DNA of 64,000 nt from positions 108,316,001 through 108,380,000 of the forward strand of contig NC_058368.1 of the NCBI RefSeq assembly GCF_018350175.1, given 5' to 3'. Position 1 is the stretch's first letter; the number at the start of each line of letters is the position of its first letter. The translations under genes were made by a program, and so were the position numbers. A model generated the notes under the pieces. That model saw only the letters and a program-made list of their open reading frames with translations. It was not told the DNA's origin and searched no databases. The stretch comes from Felis catus (taxonomy: Eukaryota). Below are positions 13,444 to 27,679 of the stretch, piece by piece.

Positions 13444-15394
13444 GTCTTTAGTTTTTATAAATGCCTATACTTCTGATATAGGCCAAAAGGGAAAAAACAA
13501 AGTCATTGGCAGAAATGAAAAGGAAGTAGGCAGGCAGCATGTTTGAAAAGTTCAAGGCTTCCTATTTAGCAATATTTGCTATGTAATAATAATAAGCAAT
13601 ATTAACTGCTAATCCTCTCAGATTTTATAAAACCAGATATTTAGATTCTATTATTTATGTTATTTCATATCATAATATATATCACTTGATATGAGATAGA
13701 AGTACTGTAGTCATGTTGTTTTGTAAAATTTAGCCATTTAAAAAAGAAAAAAAAAAGAGTTTTGATGGACCTATTTTTGCCAGAAATAAACAGTACTAAA
13801 TTTAATAATAAATCACCATTTCCTCAAGGTCACATTTATGAGATCCTGTCACTGAGTAAAGCAGCTAATAAACTTTCACTACAGTGGTCTGAAGTAACAA
13901 CCAATCATTCTTAGGTAACTTCAGGTCGACCGTAAGTCTAAGGAGTTATTTCATTCTTAAGAACAGTACAAGTGCACTCGAAGATTTGCCTATCTAGCGA
14001 TCTCTTTGCCTAGATCAGATTTTTTTACCTTGTGAGAGGGGCTATACCTCCTTGGGATCAAGTGAAAAAAAGAAAAATCCATAGAAGACTATGTATCTAG
14101 TAACTATTAGTGTCATCTTTTCCAATTAGGATAACCTATATTACTTAGGTTTCATTAATGTCATGAAAGTATTTTTCAGTTGTTTTAAATATGTGTTCTT
14201 AAATAAGACCTATCAACTACTAGAGGGGGAAAAAAAACCCACTAAAAAGATAAATGCTAAGGCAGAAGGTAATTTCCTAAGAATTCATGGTGTCTGGGAG
14301 GGTCTGAATAAAAGAAAAATGAAGCTACATATTATTGAATATGAAGGTCTTCAGAAGGTGCAGGTTTCAGTAGTGTTACTTGGAACCTTCATAAAAGAAA
14401 AATAAATTTTATAAATGTGCCCACTGAAAAACAGAGAATTGTGATCTTTTTTGTTTTGGGGACAAATCAATCATATCCTTCAATATCAAACGAGTTACAA
14501 GTAAGATCCAATAGACAAAGACTTAAAAGCTGATGCATTACAACACAAAATGGCTTGGTATTCAGTTGTAAAAGTAGATCATCTTGAAAGTTTCAACCAG
14601 GATGTTATCACATTACCAAAGCATACTGAAAGTTTATGAAAAGCACATTTTCTGCCTTCAAAATAATAAACATCTTTGGAGTCACCTTTTAAAGATAATT
14701 TGCTTGATTAAAAAGCAACAAATTCCTTTGAGTTTGTTTACAAAATTTTGTTTTATTTTAAGCCATGTGGTAAAGGTGAAAATGCCTTTTTGAGGCAAAA
14801 CTGATACACATCCATGCAAAAAAACACTTACTGACCTACAAACACGAAGGCACTACACTATGCACTCGTAGATAACCCCTATTGCAGAAGAGTAAGTGTA
14901 CAAAATATGGTACAGAAAGATCATAACCAGAGGAATTAAGAAAGCAGGAAAGGGAAAGTCTTCCCTAATTAAGTTGCTGTAAGGTGAGTAGATTTTAACT
15001 AGGCAAAGTGAGGGGAAGGAGGAATGACTCTAGGTAGAAGAAATCTCAAATTCCAAGTCCCTGTGGTAAAAAGAAACAAAGAAAATTAAGATGACTGGAG
15101 AAGAAGGCAAAGAAAGGGCCTAAAAATGCTACAGTGAAGAGCAATAGGAAATCTTTAAATGGGCAGCAGATATCCCTGCCTGTGGTATGTACATAAGACA
15201 ACTCAAGGGTGTACACAGTAGCTTACATCTTCACTGGACTTGTGTATATAGTTATAAATAAAACTGTAGAAATTTTGATTTATAGATGAAGAGAAAATAA
15301 TAAATTTTAAAAAATCAGTCAAGGTTCAAGACAAAAATTAATAGGTGAGCAAGTGTAATTACAATGCTATTAAAAAGCAATACTAAATATATGA

Positions 15395-16390
15395 ATCAGA
15401 AATGAAGGTGCCCAAGAATCAAGAAAAGTAACAAATTGGACTACATGAAGATTAAAAATTTCTCAGTCTCTACAATTACGTACATATGTATACACACACA
15501 CAACAAGCAAAGTCAAAAGACAACTTGGGAAAATATTTGCAACCCTTTGACTAAAAGATACTGGGAGTGCCTGGGTGGCCCAGTAGGGTAAGTGTCTGAC
15601 TCTTGATTTTGGCTCAGGTCATGATCTCATGGTTCATGAGATCAAGCGCCACATCGGGCTGTGCTGACAGTGCAGAGCCTGCTTGGGATTCTCTCCTGCC
15701 CCTTTCCTGCTCACACTCTCTCCCAAAATAAATAAATATTAAAAAACAAACAAACAAAAAAGACTACAAGATATTGTCCTTTCTTATAACACATTCAAAT
15801 ACATCAATAAAACAGGAGTACCTCAAAATAAAAATGGACAAATGACTTTGTAAAAAATAAATGTTAACCTTTGAAAAAAAAAAGGTGCTCAATCTCCCTC
15901 ATTATTAAATAATGTATATCAATAAAAATAAAGCTGATTATACCTGTTGCAGAGGCATTCTTATATACTGATAAAGAAAGTGTATGTAGACTGGGGTAAA
16001 CTTTTGGAAAGTGAAACTGCAGCACTGTTAAAAATTAATTCCACTATGAGAAATTTACCTTCTAGGTCTATCTACATAAGCATAAAAGTATACAGGATTT
16101 TTATTTCAACACTGTAAATAGCAAAAACTGAAAACAACCAAAAACACCCATCAATACATTAGCTCAACAGATTATAATGATATTGCAGTGGATTTCTCTG
16201 CAATAACAATTATACAAGAATTAAATCTGTATCAACTCCTAAGCAAAGATCCAGAATGCTATACACAGTATGGCTCTACTGTATACCTTTTTTAAATGTT
16301 TTCATTTTCAAAACATACACATATAATACTTTTATGAAAACTTTAAAATGCTAATAATAAATTATCTGAGTGGTGAGATTTTCAAATGTT
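15395..16390 (+). mobile_element. Old L1ME-type LINE-1 3' fragment
   Basis: aaattggactacatgaagattaaaaatttct, gggaaaatatttgcaa, aatagcaaaaactgaaaacaacc. Confidence 0.6.
15563..15760 (+). mobile_element. CanSINE
   Basis: gggagtgcctgggtggcccag...aaaataaataaa. Confidence 0.9.
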
Positions 16391-18305
16391 AGAAAGTTAT
16401 GAAAGCCAGGAGGAACAGATGAGCTAAAATACCAGGGCAAAAAGATGGTAAACGGAGATTGCCTGATGTTTTCTTCTCTCAACATGAAGTCTAAACATGA
16501 AACGGGCATCAGGTAGAGAGACTCTGCTAGAGGAAAAAGGATTTTTGATGGCTTCAAGTACTGGCATAAAAACTGGAATACACACAAGGCCCAAAGCAGT
16601 GATGCCTTCCTCCATGGGACATATCTACTCCTAAGACAAGGTAGAAGAGCTGGCGACAGGTTCGAAATTTCTTAGTCTCATGGTACTTAGGAGACAAAGT
16701 CACACAACAAGGAAGGGTGTGCAACCAATACATGACATATTTCTCTGCCTGGGGTGAGAGGCTCAAGAGCTAAGTTAAAAAATCTCTCAAGGGCCAAATT
16801 TCTACAAAAAATAAGACAAAAAGCTACCAGACTCTGAATCAAAAGCCACGCCTTAGGTAAAAACTGGGAGTGAGGGTAGGAGGACAAGGCTGACAAAACA
16901 AAGTATAATTTCCCACAATCTCTCTGTGCTCAGAGACAAAGTTCCATTAGAGAAGGGCCTGCATCAAACACATGACAAATCTCACTCTCAGTTTGAAACT
17001 TGGGTATCATCTAAGTAATTTTGTAACCTAGCCTGACCCAGCTCAATTCCCCTTACCTTATATGCTTAAACAGAGGAAATGGCAAATCCTTTCTATGAGA
17101 AAATACTAATCTGCCTATTTGCTAAGGTTCCTTAGTATACAAAGTACAGCATACAATAAAAAATTGTAAGACACACAAAATAAGACACTTTGATAATAGG
17201 GGGGATCAGAGAATAAAAGATAACACCCATTTTGGAATTAACACACAAGATTTTTGTAATAACCGTTATAAATATATTAAATAAAATAGAGATAAAATGG
17301 ATGAAAATATGGTTTTGAGAATTGAGTATAAGAGAATTGAGTTTATAAGAGAGATTCAAACAGATATTCTAGAACTAAAAATTATCTAAAATGAAATTCT
17401 CTGGCTGTGTTCAAGGGCAGGACGGATACAGAAGAAAAGAGCAAAACTTTGCTTAAACCCAGGTCATTAGAAAATATCCAAACGGAAGCACAAAGAGGGA
17501 AAAGGTCAAGAACACAACAGTCTGTAAAAGATGCATGGAACTCAGTCTTTTAATATGTAAGTGAACTCTCACACAAAAAGGAGGCAGAATGGCAAAGGCA
17601 ATGCCTCAGTTGATGACTGCGACAAAGTTTTGCTATCTTTGTTTATCCTTCTGTGGGCTGTGGTACAGTTTCCAAAGCTCTGCAGTGTTATCTCCACCTG
17701 TTTGCTCTGCACCACCACTCAGTCTGCCTGGGACCCGAGCAGAGGTCCACTGGCATGCCAGTTCTCCAAGTCTCTGGTGTGCTGAATAGGATCACATCCG
17801 TGCACACACACAGGATGGAGGTGAGCTCGGGATCTCATAAACAACTTTAAGGAGTCGTCTTCTCTACCTCAGTTATCAACCTACCAACTTCCACAGTTCC
17901 TTAGGCTACCCTTTTCAGTCCTTTAGAAAGAAATTGCTGACTCTGGCTCTGTAGGGGCCAATGAGGAGGAAGAGAGAGTGTGTGTGTGGGGGGAGAAACA
18001 ATGAAGGAGCCACAGCTCCAGTGAACGGTGAAGAACATTCCCCTCCCTCAGAAGCCTAGCTTGTGCAGCTGTATTGCTGCTTGGAGGCTGAGGCCTGACA
18101 GAATGGGAAAAAAAAGAGGGGGGAAAAACTGTGGGGATTCCTTTTCCCACTCCTCAAGCCAGGCTTCTCCATTTGAACCTTTACCAGTATGTACTCAACC
18201 AGGTTTCAGCTTGCCTTGACTCCAGTCCAGTGTTATTGGAGTAAAAAAAAAAAAATTAATTAATTAATTTACTCCTGGTAGTGGGACTTTAAATTTTCCA
18301 AGTCC

Positions 18306-18525
18306 TTTTTTTTTTTTTTTTCCGACGTTTATTTATTTTTGGGACAGAGAGAGACAGAGCATGAACGGGCGAGGGGCAGATAGAGAGGGAGACACAGAAT
18401 CGGAAACAGGCTCCAGGCTCTGAGCCATCAGCCCAGAGCCTGACGCGGGGCTTGAACTCACGGACCGCGAGATCGTGACCTGGCTGAAGTCGGACGCTTA
18501 ACCGACTGCGCCACCCAGGCGCCCC
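18306..18525 (-). mobile_element. Very young SINEC_Fc-type SINE
   Basis: CpG-intact gagatcgtgacctggctgaagtcggacgcttaaccgactgcgccacccaggcgcccc; TSD taaattttccaagt. Confidence 0.95.
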
Positions 18526-18751
18526 TAAATTTTCCAAGTTCTTAAATGATTCTGCCCACGTTTTACTGTTGAGCTGATTGGGAAACAAAGGGTGGCATGT
18601 GTTTACTCCATCTTACCTAGAAATGGAACCCTCAATTTGATTTTTAACTTCACAGATACAAGACAGTTACCTAACAGACTGTGTTTGATACTCTGGAACT
18701 CCTCTGGTTCTGTTTCTGTTGGTTCTGGATTACACTGACTTGAAAAAAAGA

Positions 18752-19253
18752 TTTTTTTAAAAATGTTTATTTCTGAGCAAAGGAGAAACACAGAGTGTGA
18801 GAGGGGAAGGGGCAGAGAGCGAGGGAGATACGGAATCCGAAGCAGGCTCCAGGCTCTGAGCTGTCAGCATAGCGCCCAATGTGGGGCTCGAACTCACAGA
18901 CTGTGAGATCATGACCTCAGCTGAAGTCAGACACTTAACTGACTGAGCCACCTAGGTGCCAGGGGATTACACTGACTTTTAAGAGAGCCTCACAATCTTT
19001 GATTGTTTGCTTAACTCTGTATTTGAAAAATTATTTTTACAAATAATAGGTTATTGGGCGCCTGGGTAGCTCACTTGGTTAAGCGTCCTACTCTTCGTTT
19101 CAGCTGAGGTCATGATATCGCGGTTTGTGGGTCTGAGCCCCACATCGGGCTCCAGAGTGAGTGCAGAGCCTGCTAGGCATTTTCTTTCTCTTTCTCTCTC
19201 TCTCTCAAAATAAATAAATAAACTAAAAAAAAAAAAAAAAAACTTATTAAAAA
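18752..19253. mobile_element. Two CanSINEs head to head (- 18752-18960; + 19056-19253)
   Basis: TSDs ggattacactgactt and caaataataggtta. Confidence 0.9.
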
Positions 19254-20235
19254 AGACACAAATAATAGGTTACTGCTGGAATCCTCAAAAGATTTTTATG
19301 TTCTTTTGCCAGGCACCTGAGGTCCCAGGGCTAGAGCCAGGGCCAAAATTTGAGGTCTTTCCGAGTTGCTTAGAGTACAACCCACATCCACTTCAGAGTA
19401 AGCCATTCAAGGTCCCAATCTTCAACAAAGGTTATTATGCTTGAGCGTTCTGGCCTTGGTGGGTTCTAACACTAGAAACCTGTGATTTTATCCTGCAGTT
19501 CTTCCTCTCAGCTACATTCTATGGATTGATAATGTCCCTGGAAAAAAAAAGACATCCTTTTGGGGTATGGTTTCAGGAGGTGGGAAGGGATGTAACACAT
19601 CCAGTTTTGTGTTCCTAGCAAGTGCAGGATTCCAAAGCTTTAGACTTTTGCTAGGAGTCTACTGCCCAACGAGGCTGTCTTTCAAGAGCTTTCCTGTACT
19701 GGTGAATGTCTCAGCAGATATGGCTCCAGTTCACGTCTTTCCAGTCCGATTCTCTCTCTGTTCTATGTCAGGTAGTTGTTAGCTCTCTTTTTGGATTGTT
19801 GCACTTGTTTGTAACTACTTTTTATATTTTAGTCTACCTTTTCTGGTTATTCTCCAATACTGGAAACAGAAAGTTAAAAGAAGTTTAATTCATTTTGCTC
19901 AGATTTCAGGTGCCCTTTGAATTAGAAGATTCGCATCCTTCTTTCCCTCTGGGAAAGTCTTGGCTATTAGTTGCATCGACATTACATTTTGTTTTTGTCA
20001 TTGCTATCATACTGTAAGTCACTCTGAGTTACTTCTTTTTCAATGACTGTTTCTTTTTTCCTAATATCCTGTTCTTATTTTAAGGGATAACTCTTTAAAT
20101 CCGAGCACGGTTCTAGAAATGTTTTTCTTCTCTTCTTTAAATTAACTACTTTCCTCAGATTCCGTAAGCTCAGTTATTATGTTTCCCACCATGCCTCAAT
20201 GATTCTTGTTCTCCTACACCTAGCTGTCAGTTTTA

Positions 20236-20451
20236 GGGGCGTCTAGGCGGCTCAGTCAGTTGAGCATCTGACTTTGGCTCAGGTCATGATCTCACAGTTT
20301 GTGCGTTTGAGCCCCGCGTTGGGCTCTGTGCTGACAGCTCAGAGCATGAAGCCTATTTCAGATTCTGTGTCTCCCTCTCTCTCTGCCTCTCCTCCACTCA
20401 CACTCTTCGTGTCTCTCTCTCTCAGAAATAAACAAACATAAAAAAAAAAAA
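20236..20451 (+). mobile_element. CanSINE
   Basis: ggggcgtctaggcggctcagtcagttgagc...aaataaacaaac and poly-A. Confidence 0.9.
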
Positions 20452-22229
20452 TCTGTGTTCTGGTCACAGTTTTCCTGTCTGTAAGTGTTCTGACTGCGAG
20501 CTCCATATAGGACAACCTAAGTGCTCATCTCTGCTTCACTGTAATGTCAAAATTACCAGAGCTTCATTCCAGGTACCACATCCATACTAAAATGCTCCAT
20601 TTTTAAAAATGCTTTATTACTATTACTTTGAGATACTCTCTGGTGTTTTGCTTGGGGTAAAGTTGGCTGACCATTCTCTGCCAAGGGTAAGGAAGGAGGT
20701 ATTGAGGACATGGGCCCTCTTTTGCAGTACCACAACCTACCCTCTACCACATCCCATCTAGAGTTCTATTGGGCAAATGTCTCTCACCACTCAAGGAGTC
20801 CTGAAGTGGTGGCTTCCCTGCCTTTTGTACCTTTCAGATCTATTTTTTCTATTTCCCATGGGCCATGTTATTAATCACCAAATAGTACTATCTTTATATT
20901 TTTATACATAATAGTATGTGATACCAGGTAATAATTATTACGTTCGGGCACAAAAAGTTCAAGGTCTTTGATCCTTGTAAGACCCCTATGAAATACATCT
21001 AAACAAAGTCAAGCTTGGAGACACTAAATCAGATGCTCTAAGACACAGAGCAAGCTCTGCTTTCTTACTTTTCAAAATCAGAATCTTTTTTATTTAACCC
21101 AAAAGTTGATGTTTCTAGATACTAGTCCAAACTCCAGGAAACCCAGGAACTGTGAAGGCTCACTTATTTGACGCTAAACTAATATAATATTAGGAAATTG
21201 CCAAAGGAGTTATATATCAGACTTAATAGGACATAATTCAGTAAAAAGGACTCCACTGAAAAGAGGAAAAATACCAAATGTTTCATTTTTCATTATGACT
21301 AAGCGCAGTATGAGGAGCAGTGAAAGTGAAAAAATAAAACATACTTCCTTTTCCATAGGCACAGTTTTTAAATTCAACTCCTAGCTTTCAAAATGCAACC
21401 CAGATGACCTGAAGAAATTTTCCCCAACTTCGTTTAGACTCTTAAATTTTCTTTGATAATTTTCAAACTATTATGCTGTTTTTATTATCACCCTTCTCAG
21501 AATTTCATTGAATACCCTATGGTATCTAAGGAAACCCAGTTACAATGAGTCTTCCCTAAAAAGCAGGGGGGCGGGGAGGGGGAACCAACAATGAAAAAAA
21601 AAAAATGCAAGCGCAAGCTTTAGTCTTTGCTTCAAATAGAAACATGATCAAAATACTCTGCAGACACAGTAATCAACATTTTTAGAGAGAAAGGCAGAGT
21701 ACACTGTTATTAAAAATCTGGAATTCAGTGATTAATTCTCTTACTCAATTTAGTTTCATGAAACAGCCAATCTAGCATTCGTATTATTATTTCAGAAAGC
21801 TAGCTAAAACATTAGCAATAGTCTGAGTTGCCCATTAGCAGGGGGAATAAAAGCCTGATTATGATTTTTATGCTTCATACAGGTCATTCTAAGTTTCACT
21901 CAGTATCTCCCAGCAAAGTACAGTACATAATACCTCTTCAGTAGACATTTCACACGTCTAACCAAATGTACGTGCACACCTCTTTTAAAACTTATTTTTG
22001 TAAGATACCAAAATAATGCAAACGATGAAAAATGAAAATTCTAGAATACACAGTACTTACTGTACCTCAACACTGAAGTTCCTAAAAATGATCAAGGAGC
22101 TCAAAAAGAAACATGTTTATATTTTATTATTTTCCTTTTCATTGATGACTTTTGCTTTTAATTAACAAAACAAAAACAATAAACAAAAAGCAGAAGAAAA
22201 AACCTTTCAGTTTTTACAACAAAACTCAC

Positions 22230-22338
22230 CAAAAATGTTGGTCTTCACAGTAAGTGCAAGGTGAGTATTATTCCTTAAAATTTCAACGGCCTTCGCAAAT
22301 GTAATGTTCTCAAAGTTTTGTCCGTTTACTTCCATTAT
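22230..22338 (-). CDS. RAPGEF6: RAPGEF6 coding exon (~exon 15), 109 nt, phase 0-1, second part of PDZ domain
   Basis: Acceptor ttcaag, donor TTG|gtgagt; [36 protein letters not shown]. Confidence 0.96.
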
Positions 22339-22611
22339 CTTGAAGAAAAATACAAATTATGACAGAAACAATATTAGCTACTTCTGCAACCTTAGGTGTA
22401 ATGGTGAAAAAAATGACACTTGAACAAAATGCACCCATATGTGAACAATGTTCATCTCTACGAGAAGTGGAATTACCACTTAATTTTTTTCTCTATATTC
22501 TATTTCCCCAAATCACTACTAAAAACATTTTTTGAAAGTTCATTCCCTCTGAGATCAAAGAAAAAATTTTTAAAAAACAGGATGGTTTATATATGAAACA
22601 AAAATAAAAAA

Positions 22612-22802
22612 AAATTTTAATGTCTATTTATTTTTGAGAGAGAGCACGAGTAGGGGAGGGACAGAGGGAGAGGGAGACACAGAGTCTGAAGCAGGCTCCA
22701 GCTCAGCACAAAGCCCGATGCAGAGCTCCAACTCACGAAGCAAAAGATCATGACCTGAGCTGAAGTTGTACACTTAACCAACTGAGCCACCCAGATGCCC
22801 CT
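22612..22802 (-). mobile_element. CanSINE
   Basis: ...ctgagccacccagatgcccc; flanking tatatatgaa repeat. Confidence 0.9.
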
Positions 22803-24171
22803 ATATATGAAGGAGAATTTTAAATCAAGACATGTCAGCTCATAAAAATTAGTGCTTGTGTATGTATGTGTAAATTTTACTGCAATATTCTAAATGCAAA
22901 CTTAATGCTTTTAAAAGACAGAATTCATTCAAAAGTGATACTTTAAATATATCTACTATCCTTTGTTGATGCTGAATCAGGAAGTCGAAAAGTAGCAAGT
23001 ACAACTGTGATGGATTCTTGCATGTGATGTGCTGGCCCTTCACAGAAGGCTTCCCAAACTTGGCTGTACCTCCAAATCGTACAGAAAGCTTATTTAAAAA
23101 ATACTAAATCTAACAAAAAAGGATAAAGAGATAAACATAATGAGGAAAAAAACCACAAAAAACAGATAATCAGCACAGAGGACAGATGTCAGGACTCACA
23201 CAATGATTCCAACATGGTAAAAAAAAGACTGAGAAACAAAATATGAAAAGAAAGAGAAACCACAGAAGTAAAATGCGGAGTTGAAAGAAGTCTTGAGTCT
23301 ACACATTGAAATGGCTCGAGTATCGTGCAAAGATAATAAAGAGATCTATTTTTTAACATATCCCAAAGAAAAATTTGAATTCCACGGACACTGAACAAAG
23401 AATCTTTAAGCACCACTGTGGAGTTGGGGGGGGGGGGGGGAGTTGGGGATGGGTAGGAGGACAAAAGAAGCTAGAAAAGAAAAAATAAAGGTTGGTTTGG
23501 ACTTCTCTTGGGCCATACTAAAATGATGTGATACTTTTCTATAACATCAATGCTCTGAGGGATAAATAACTGTGAACAAAGAATTTTATACCCCACTGAA
23601 CAAAAGCATTATCAAACATGCAGGGACACAAAAAACTATAGTATTTATAGGCCCTATATAAGACAAGAACTAGAAGAGATTCGAAAAGTACTAGAAGACA
23701 CTGGTGAAATGAATCTTAATCATGGGGGTATGTGGCACAGATGAAATGGAGGTGATCAATGACATCAGTAAGGAAGGTGTAAATGTGTACATGGTTATTA
23801 GTGATAAACCTCCGAAACTTAACGCCAATGTCAAAAGTATTCTCAAAAGATAAATAATGTTAAAAATGACTTAATAATCTAGATCTAACATTTCAGATAA
23901 TTTTAACAATAACTGAGAAGACCTGAAGGAAGAGGTAAAAAGCAGATAAATTTTCTCTCAAAAATGAAATAATCTGATTTCATTGTTTTTTTCCTTCCCT
24001 GTGAAGAATGAGATGCTCAAATGAGTTTAAAATAAAATACTAGAACATTAAATACACTGATTCTGGAATTCTAGCTACTAGAAATTGTTAATGAATGGTG
24101 TGGGGTTAGGCCCAGAAATCTGTTTTTAAAAAGTTCCCTTAGTGGAAGAAGGGGATCATTAAAATTTTAAA

Positions 24172-24389
24172 CCAGCTTCTTAACCCTTGCACTCTTGGTA
24201 TTTGGGCCGGGTAAAAGTCTCTGTTGTGCGGGTGTCCTGCTGTGGGGTGCTGGAGGCTGCTTAGCAGCATCCCTGGCCTCTAACCACTTCATGCTAAGAG
24301 TAACTTCTGGATCATGAGAATCAAAATTATCTCTAGACACGCCAAATGTCTCCTGGGGGGAGAAAATCACTCCCAGTTGAGAAGCACTG
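24172..24389 (-). mobile_element. MER20 (hAT-Charlie) DNA transposon
   Basis: ttagcagcatccctggcctcta, tctctagacacgccaaatgtctcctgggggg, cccagttgagaagcactg match the MER20 reverse complement. Confidence 0.88.
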
Positions 24390-24569
24390 CTCTGCAGTGT
24401 GGAAGTTTTTACAATGTTGAATGCATTCATAATTTAAAAAGAAAAGCGCTAGTACAGTTTAGTTAAAAGTCAAATAAAGCCACACTCTAAATGAAAAAAT
24501 GAACAAACAAAACTTTAAAATGGGGAAACATAACCTTCCCAAGTGATTTAGCTAAATTTGAAAAATGAC

Positions 24570-24742
24570 TCTTTGGTGTGCATGCGAATCACCTAAAGAG
24601 AGCACTCTGTTAAAAATACAGATTCCTGGACCTCATCATGGCAGAATGTCACTAGTGCAATTAGTAGAACGGAGGTAGGCTTAGGAATTGCATTTTTTAG
24701 TAACAAGGTTCTCAGGAATCACATTTTGGAATACACTGCTCT
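24570..24742. mobile_element. MER5A/5B-like hAT-Charlie MITE
   Basis: gaatcacct...gttaaaaatacagattcctggacc...aggaattgcatttt...aacaag...cactgctcta. Confidence 0.6.
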
Positions 24743-25042
24743 ACAGTTATCAAATGCGTATACAGAGATAATAAATCCCCTCCAACTTCCTCCCGGGGTC
24801 TCCTTCATTTTCGTAGTCCCTTGCCCAGCTTCCTCTCCTTATGGATGTAGTTCTGTTACCATAGGACCACTACTTAAGCTAAACCATTATTTATGGCAAT
24901 CTTTGGCCACTTACCTTTTAATGTTAATTAAATTTCCTTACATTGGTCATGCTTACTTGAAGAAATATCACATGAGAAAAAAAGTAGCAGACATTTTAGT
25001 TATAAGAAGGCTTTTAATTCAAGTGGTTGTGTATTTATTTAC

Positions 25043-25246
25043 CTGATCACCACGTTTCAGTCCCGCATCAGCAGCTTTGCTACTGGGTTCTACTCCTTCA
25101 ACAAAAATACCAAATCCCTTCTCACTTCCTCCATTAAGGCTGAAATGCAGAGGGGACTCCCGGGAAGCCTTTTGCAGCACAACCTGCCTCCACTTGGCCT
25201 TTGCAGCACAGGCGATATTCAATAACCGGAGATGACCATTCATTTT
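25043..25246 (-). CDS. RAPGEF6: RAPGEF6 coding exon (~exon 14), 204 nt, first part of PDZ domain
   Basis: Acceptor ttttag, donor CAG|gtaaat; [68 protein letters not shown]. Confidence 0.97.
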
Positions 25247-25445
25247 CTAAAAAGCAAAAAAGGGTAGAATGTATATAAATGTATGGATTTATTCCTATAG
25301 GCTTTTAAAAATCACCTAAAATCATCAGAGTTAGAGTTACATTTAAATACAGAGTAAAACACATACGAGTCAGGGTAAATAAAACTGAAAGAGGGAAAGC
25401 TTCCACCGGAGAGCACTCTCAAGATTTCTCAATAGTTATTTTTTT

Positions 25446-25674
25446 AATTTTTTTTTTTAATTTTTTTTTTTCAACGTTTATTTATTTTCGGGACAGAGAG
25501 AGACAGAGCATGAACGGGGGAGGGGCAGAGAGAGAGGGAGACACAGAATCCGAAACAGGCTCCAGGCTCTGAGCCATCAGCCCAGAGCCTGACGCGGGGC
25601 TCAAACTCACGGACCGCGAGATCGTGACCTGGCTGAAGTCGGACGCTTAACCGACTGCGCCACCCAGGCGCCCC
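25446..25674 (-). mobile_element. Very young SINEC_Fc-type SINE
   Basis: Near-identical to 18306-18525; TSD tcaatagttattttttt. Confidence 0.95.
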
Positions 25675-27571
25675 ATCAATAGTTATTTTTTAAAACGTCT
25701 AGATAGTCACAGGTCAGAAGAGATTTCAAAATGATGTCCCACTTAGAAAGGGAAGACAAAAAAATTACTTCCCTAATACATATTCTAGTGCTATCTTGCT
25801 TATCTCCTGGCTGTTATATCAATCCAGAATCTTGCAGGACCTGAATCATCCTTCTGAATAATGTCTAACAGTCAAAGACACATTCAAGTCTCTGCCTCTT
25901 CGAGGTACATTAGTCCTGTATTATTTTAGGTCTTTTTTATGCCTGATAACATTCTAACTTTCAGGTTTTAACACCAATTTAATATTCAGCTATTCTCCAA
26001 TAGCATAGTATGTGTATATCTCATGTCCATAAAAAGCAGCTAAAGTTTTTTCAAGGCAGGGACCTAACCTTACACCTGTTCTTATCCTATGCAACACTTT
26101 GGAGTACAATGTAGAATTTAATAAATATCTGATGACTGAATGATTACCAAAAAAGAAATCCCACAACTGTAAGGCAATTTCTGTTTTCCATCAGCCCACG
26201 AATATCTACACAGTGAGCACTGGAAAACCCATATGATGGTGGTGAGCTCCTATGGCCTCTTAAGTTCCCCAGCCTCTGTTCATTCTTCCCATTCTTCACA
26301 GAGCTGGAGTGCTGCTGGGAAAGCTACAGAACTAAAAGATATGGGAACAGACGAAAATCTGCTGCTCTGTCCCTTTGTTCAACTCCATCCACTTATACTC
26401 TTGAGTAAAATCAATGGTTCTTGGGCATTTGCTATGTGACAGGTTTTCCTTTCAGATGGTTACTTTCATTATAGCTCATTATAATCCTCATAACAGAAAC
26501 TACGGACTACTATACATAAAACAACTGAGGCATAAAAAGGTTAAGCAACTTGTCCAAGTTCACATATCTAACATGTGGTATAGTTTGAATGCTATTTCAG
26601 GCAATCTAACTCCTGAGCTGCATTATTAATTTACTTCCTAAAATCTCAAGGTGCCTGGAGCAGACAATTCAGTTCCAGTTCATAGTTTTATATTTGACAC
26701 AGAGTAAATTAATTATAAATAGCCACTGTCAAAGTTAACAGGACCTTGAGGAGATTATCTTAGGTGTTATATATTTAGAACAAGAGAAATCACATGCAGA
26801 AGGGAAACTCATAAAGTCTAATGTAGATCTGATATATAAAGCAGGCCTTAAAGGTTGCACAGAGTTCAAATAGCAAGAGGAGAAGCAAAGACTTTAAGTT
26901 TGAGAGAATTAGTGAAGAATATAAAATAATCCTGTTGGCTAAAATCAAGGGTACCCAGAAAAAATACTGAAGATGTAGGTGAGGTACCTGGATATATAGA
27001 CAAGGAATTACTTTGGTAGGAAGTACCTTAGCTTATTTACAAAGAGAGATATATTCATCTTACTTGTGGCCTAAAAACAATCTCTGGCCATACAAAATCG
27101 CTAGAACAAAGAAATACTAGAACTAAAATTAGCCATTATAAAAGATTAGGCATAATCAAATGAGCCCCTCAATGCGGAGTGAAAAAGAAATGGCTGAGAG
27201 GGGCTATAGGAAATAGGTGTACGCTAAAATTAGTGACGCAGGTGACTACAGCAAATGAATGGACATCTTGGCCAGGGAATTCAAGGCAGAGAAAGAAGTA
27301 GCCCACATATACACTAGAGATCATAAGACTGGCTGACTGGCTGGAGACAGCAATATCATCAGCCTTAAAACGAACACAGAAGAGTCAGGAAGAAGCCTGA
27401 TTTCTGTTTGGGTTAATGGCAGAGAATGAGCAGAATCTAAAATATAAATTTCAAAGTTCTTAGAGCAGACATTCAAGACACAAGAGAGAATGGAAGTGTT
27501 CTGAGGTGCTGTTATTTGAGGATCAGGGAAATCCCTAAATCCTGAAGAAAATAAATTCTTTGGAGTCTTAC

Positions 27572-27679
27572 TGTATCTTCCAGATTTTTTTCAAATTCCT
27601 CCAGAAATCGAGTCATAGCAGGATCACCTTCAAAATCATTAAAGTGATTGTTTACCCATAATAACACAATCCGTGTTAC
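27572..27679 (-). CDS. RAPGEF6: RAPGEF6 coding exon (~exon 13), 108 nt, REM domain
   Basis: Acceptor ctacag, donor ACA|gtaaga; [36 protein letters not shown]. Confidence 0.97.

Larger units (their letters stand above)
16400..20870. mobile_element. Highly decayed old L1/HAL1 5'/ORF1-like remnants, mixed orientation
   Basis: A-rich ORF1-like stretch 17130-17600 (gaaaatatccaaacggaagcacaaagag) followed by T-rich opposite-strand remnants; no intact ORF. Confidence 0.4.

Noticed and set aside
14029..14050. Possible tiny exon ending CACAAG|gtaaaa (minus strand)
   Set aside because: Ambiguous acceptor, weak donor, candidate lengths not multiples of 3.
23425..23460. G-quadruplex-capable G runs (also 21566-21582 and 30159-30180)
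   Set aside because: Homopolymer expansions in decayed repeat or neutral intron, with no link to a functional site.
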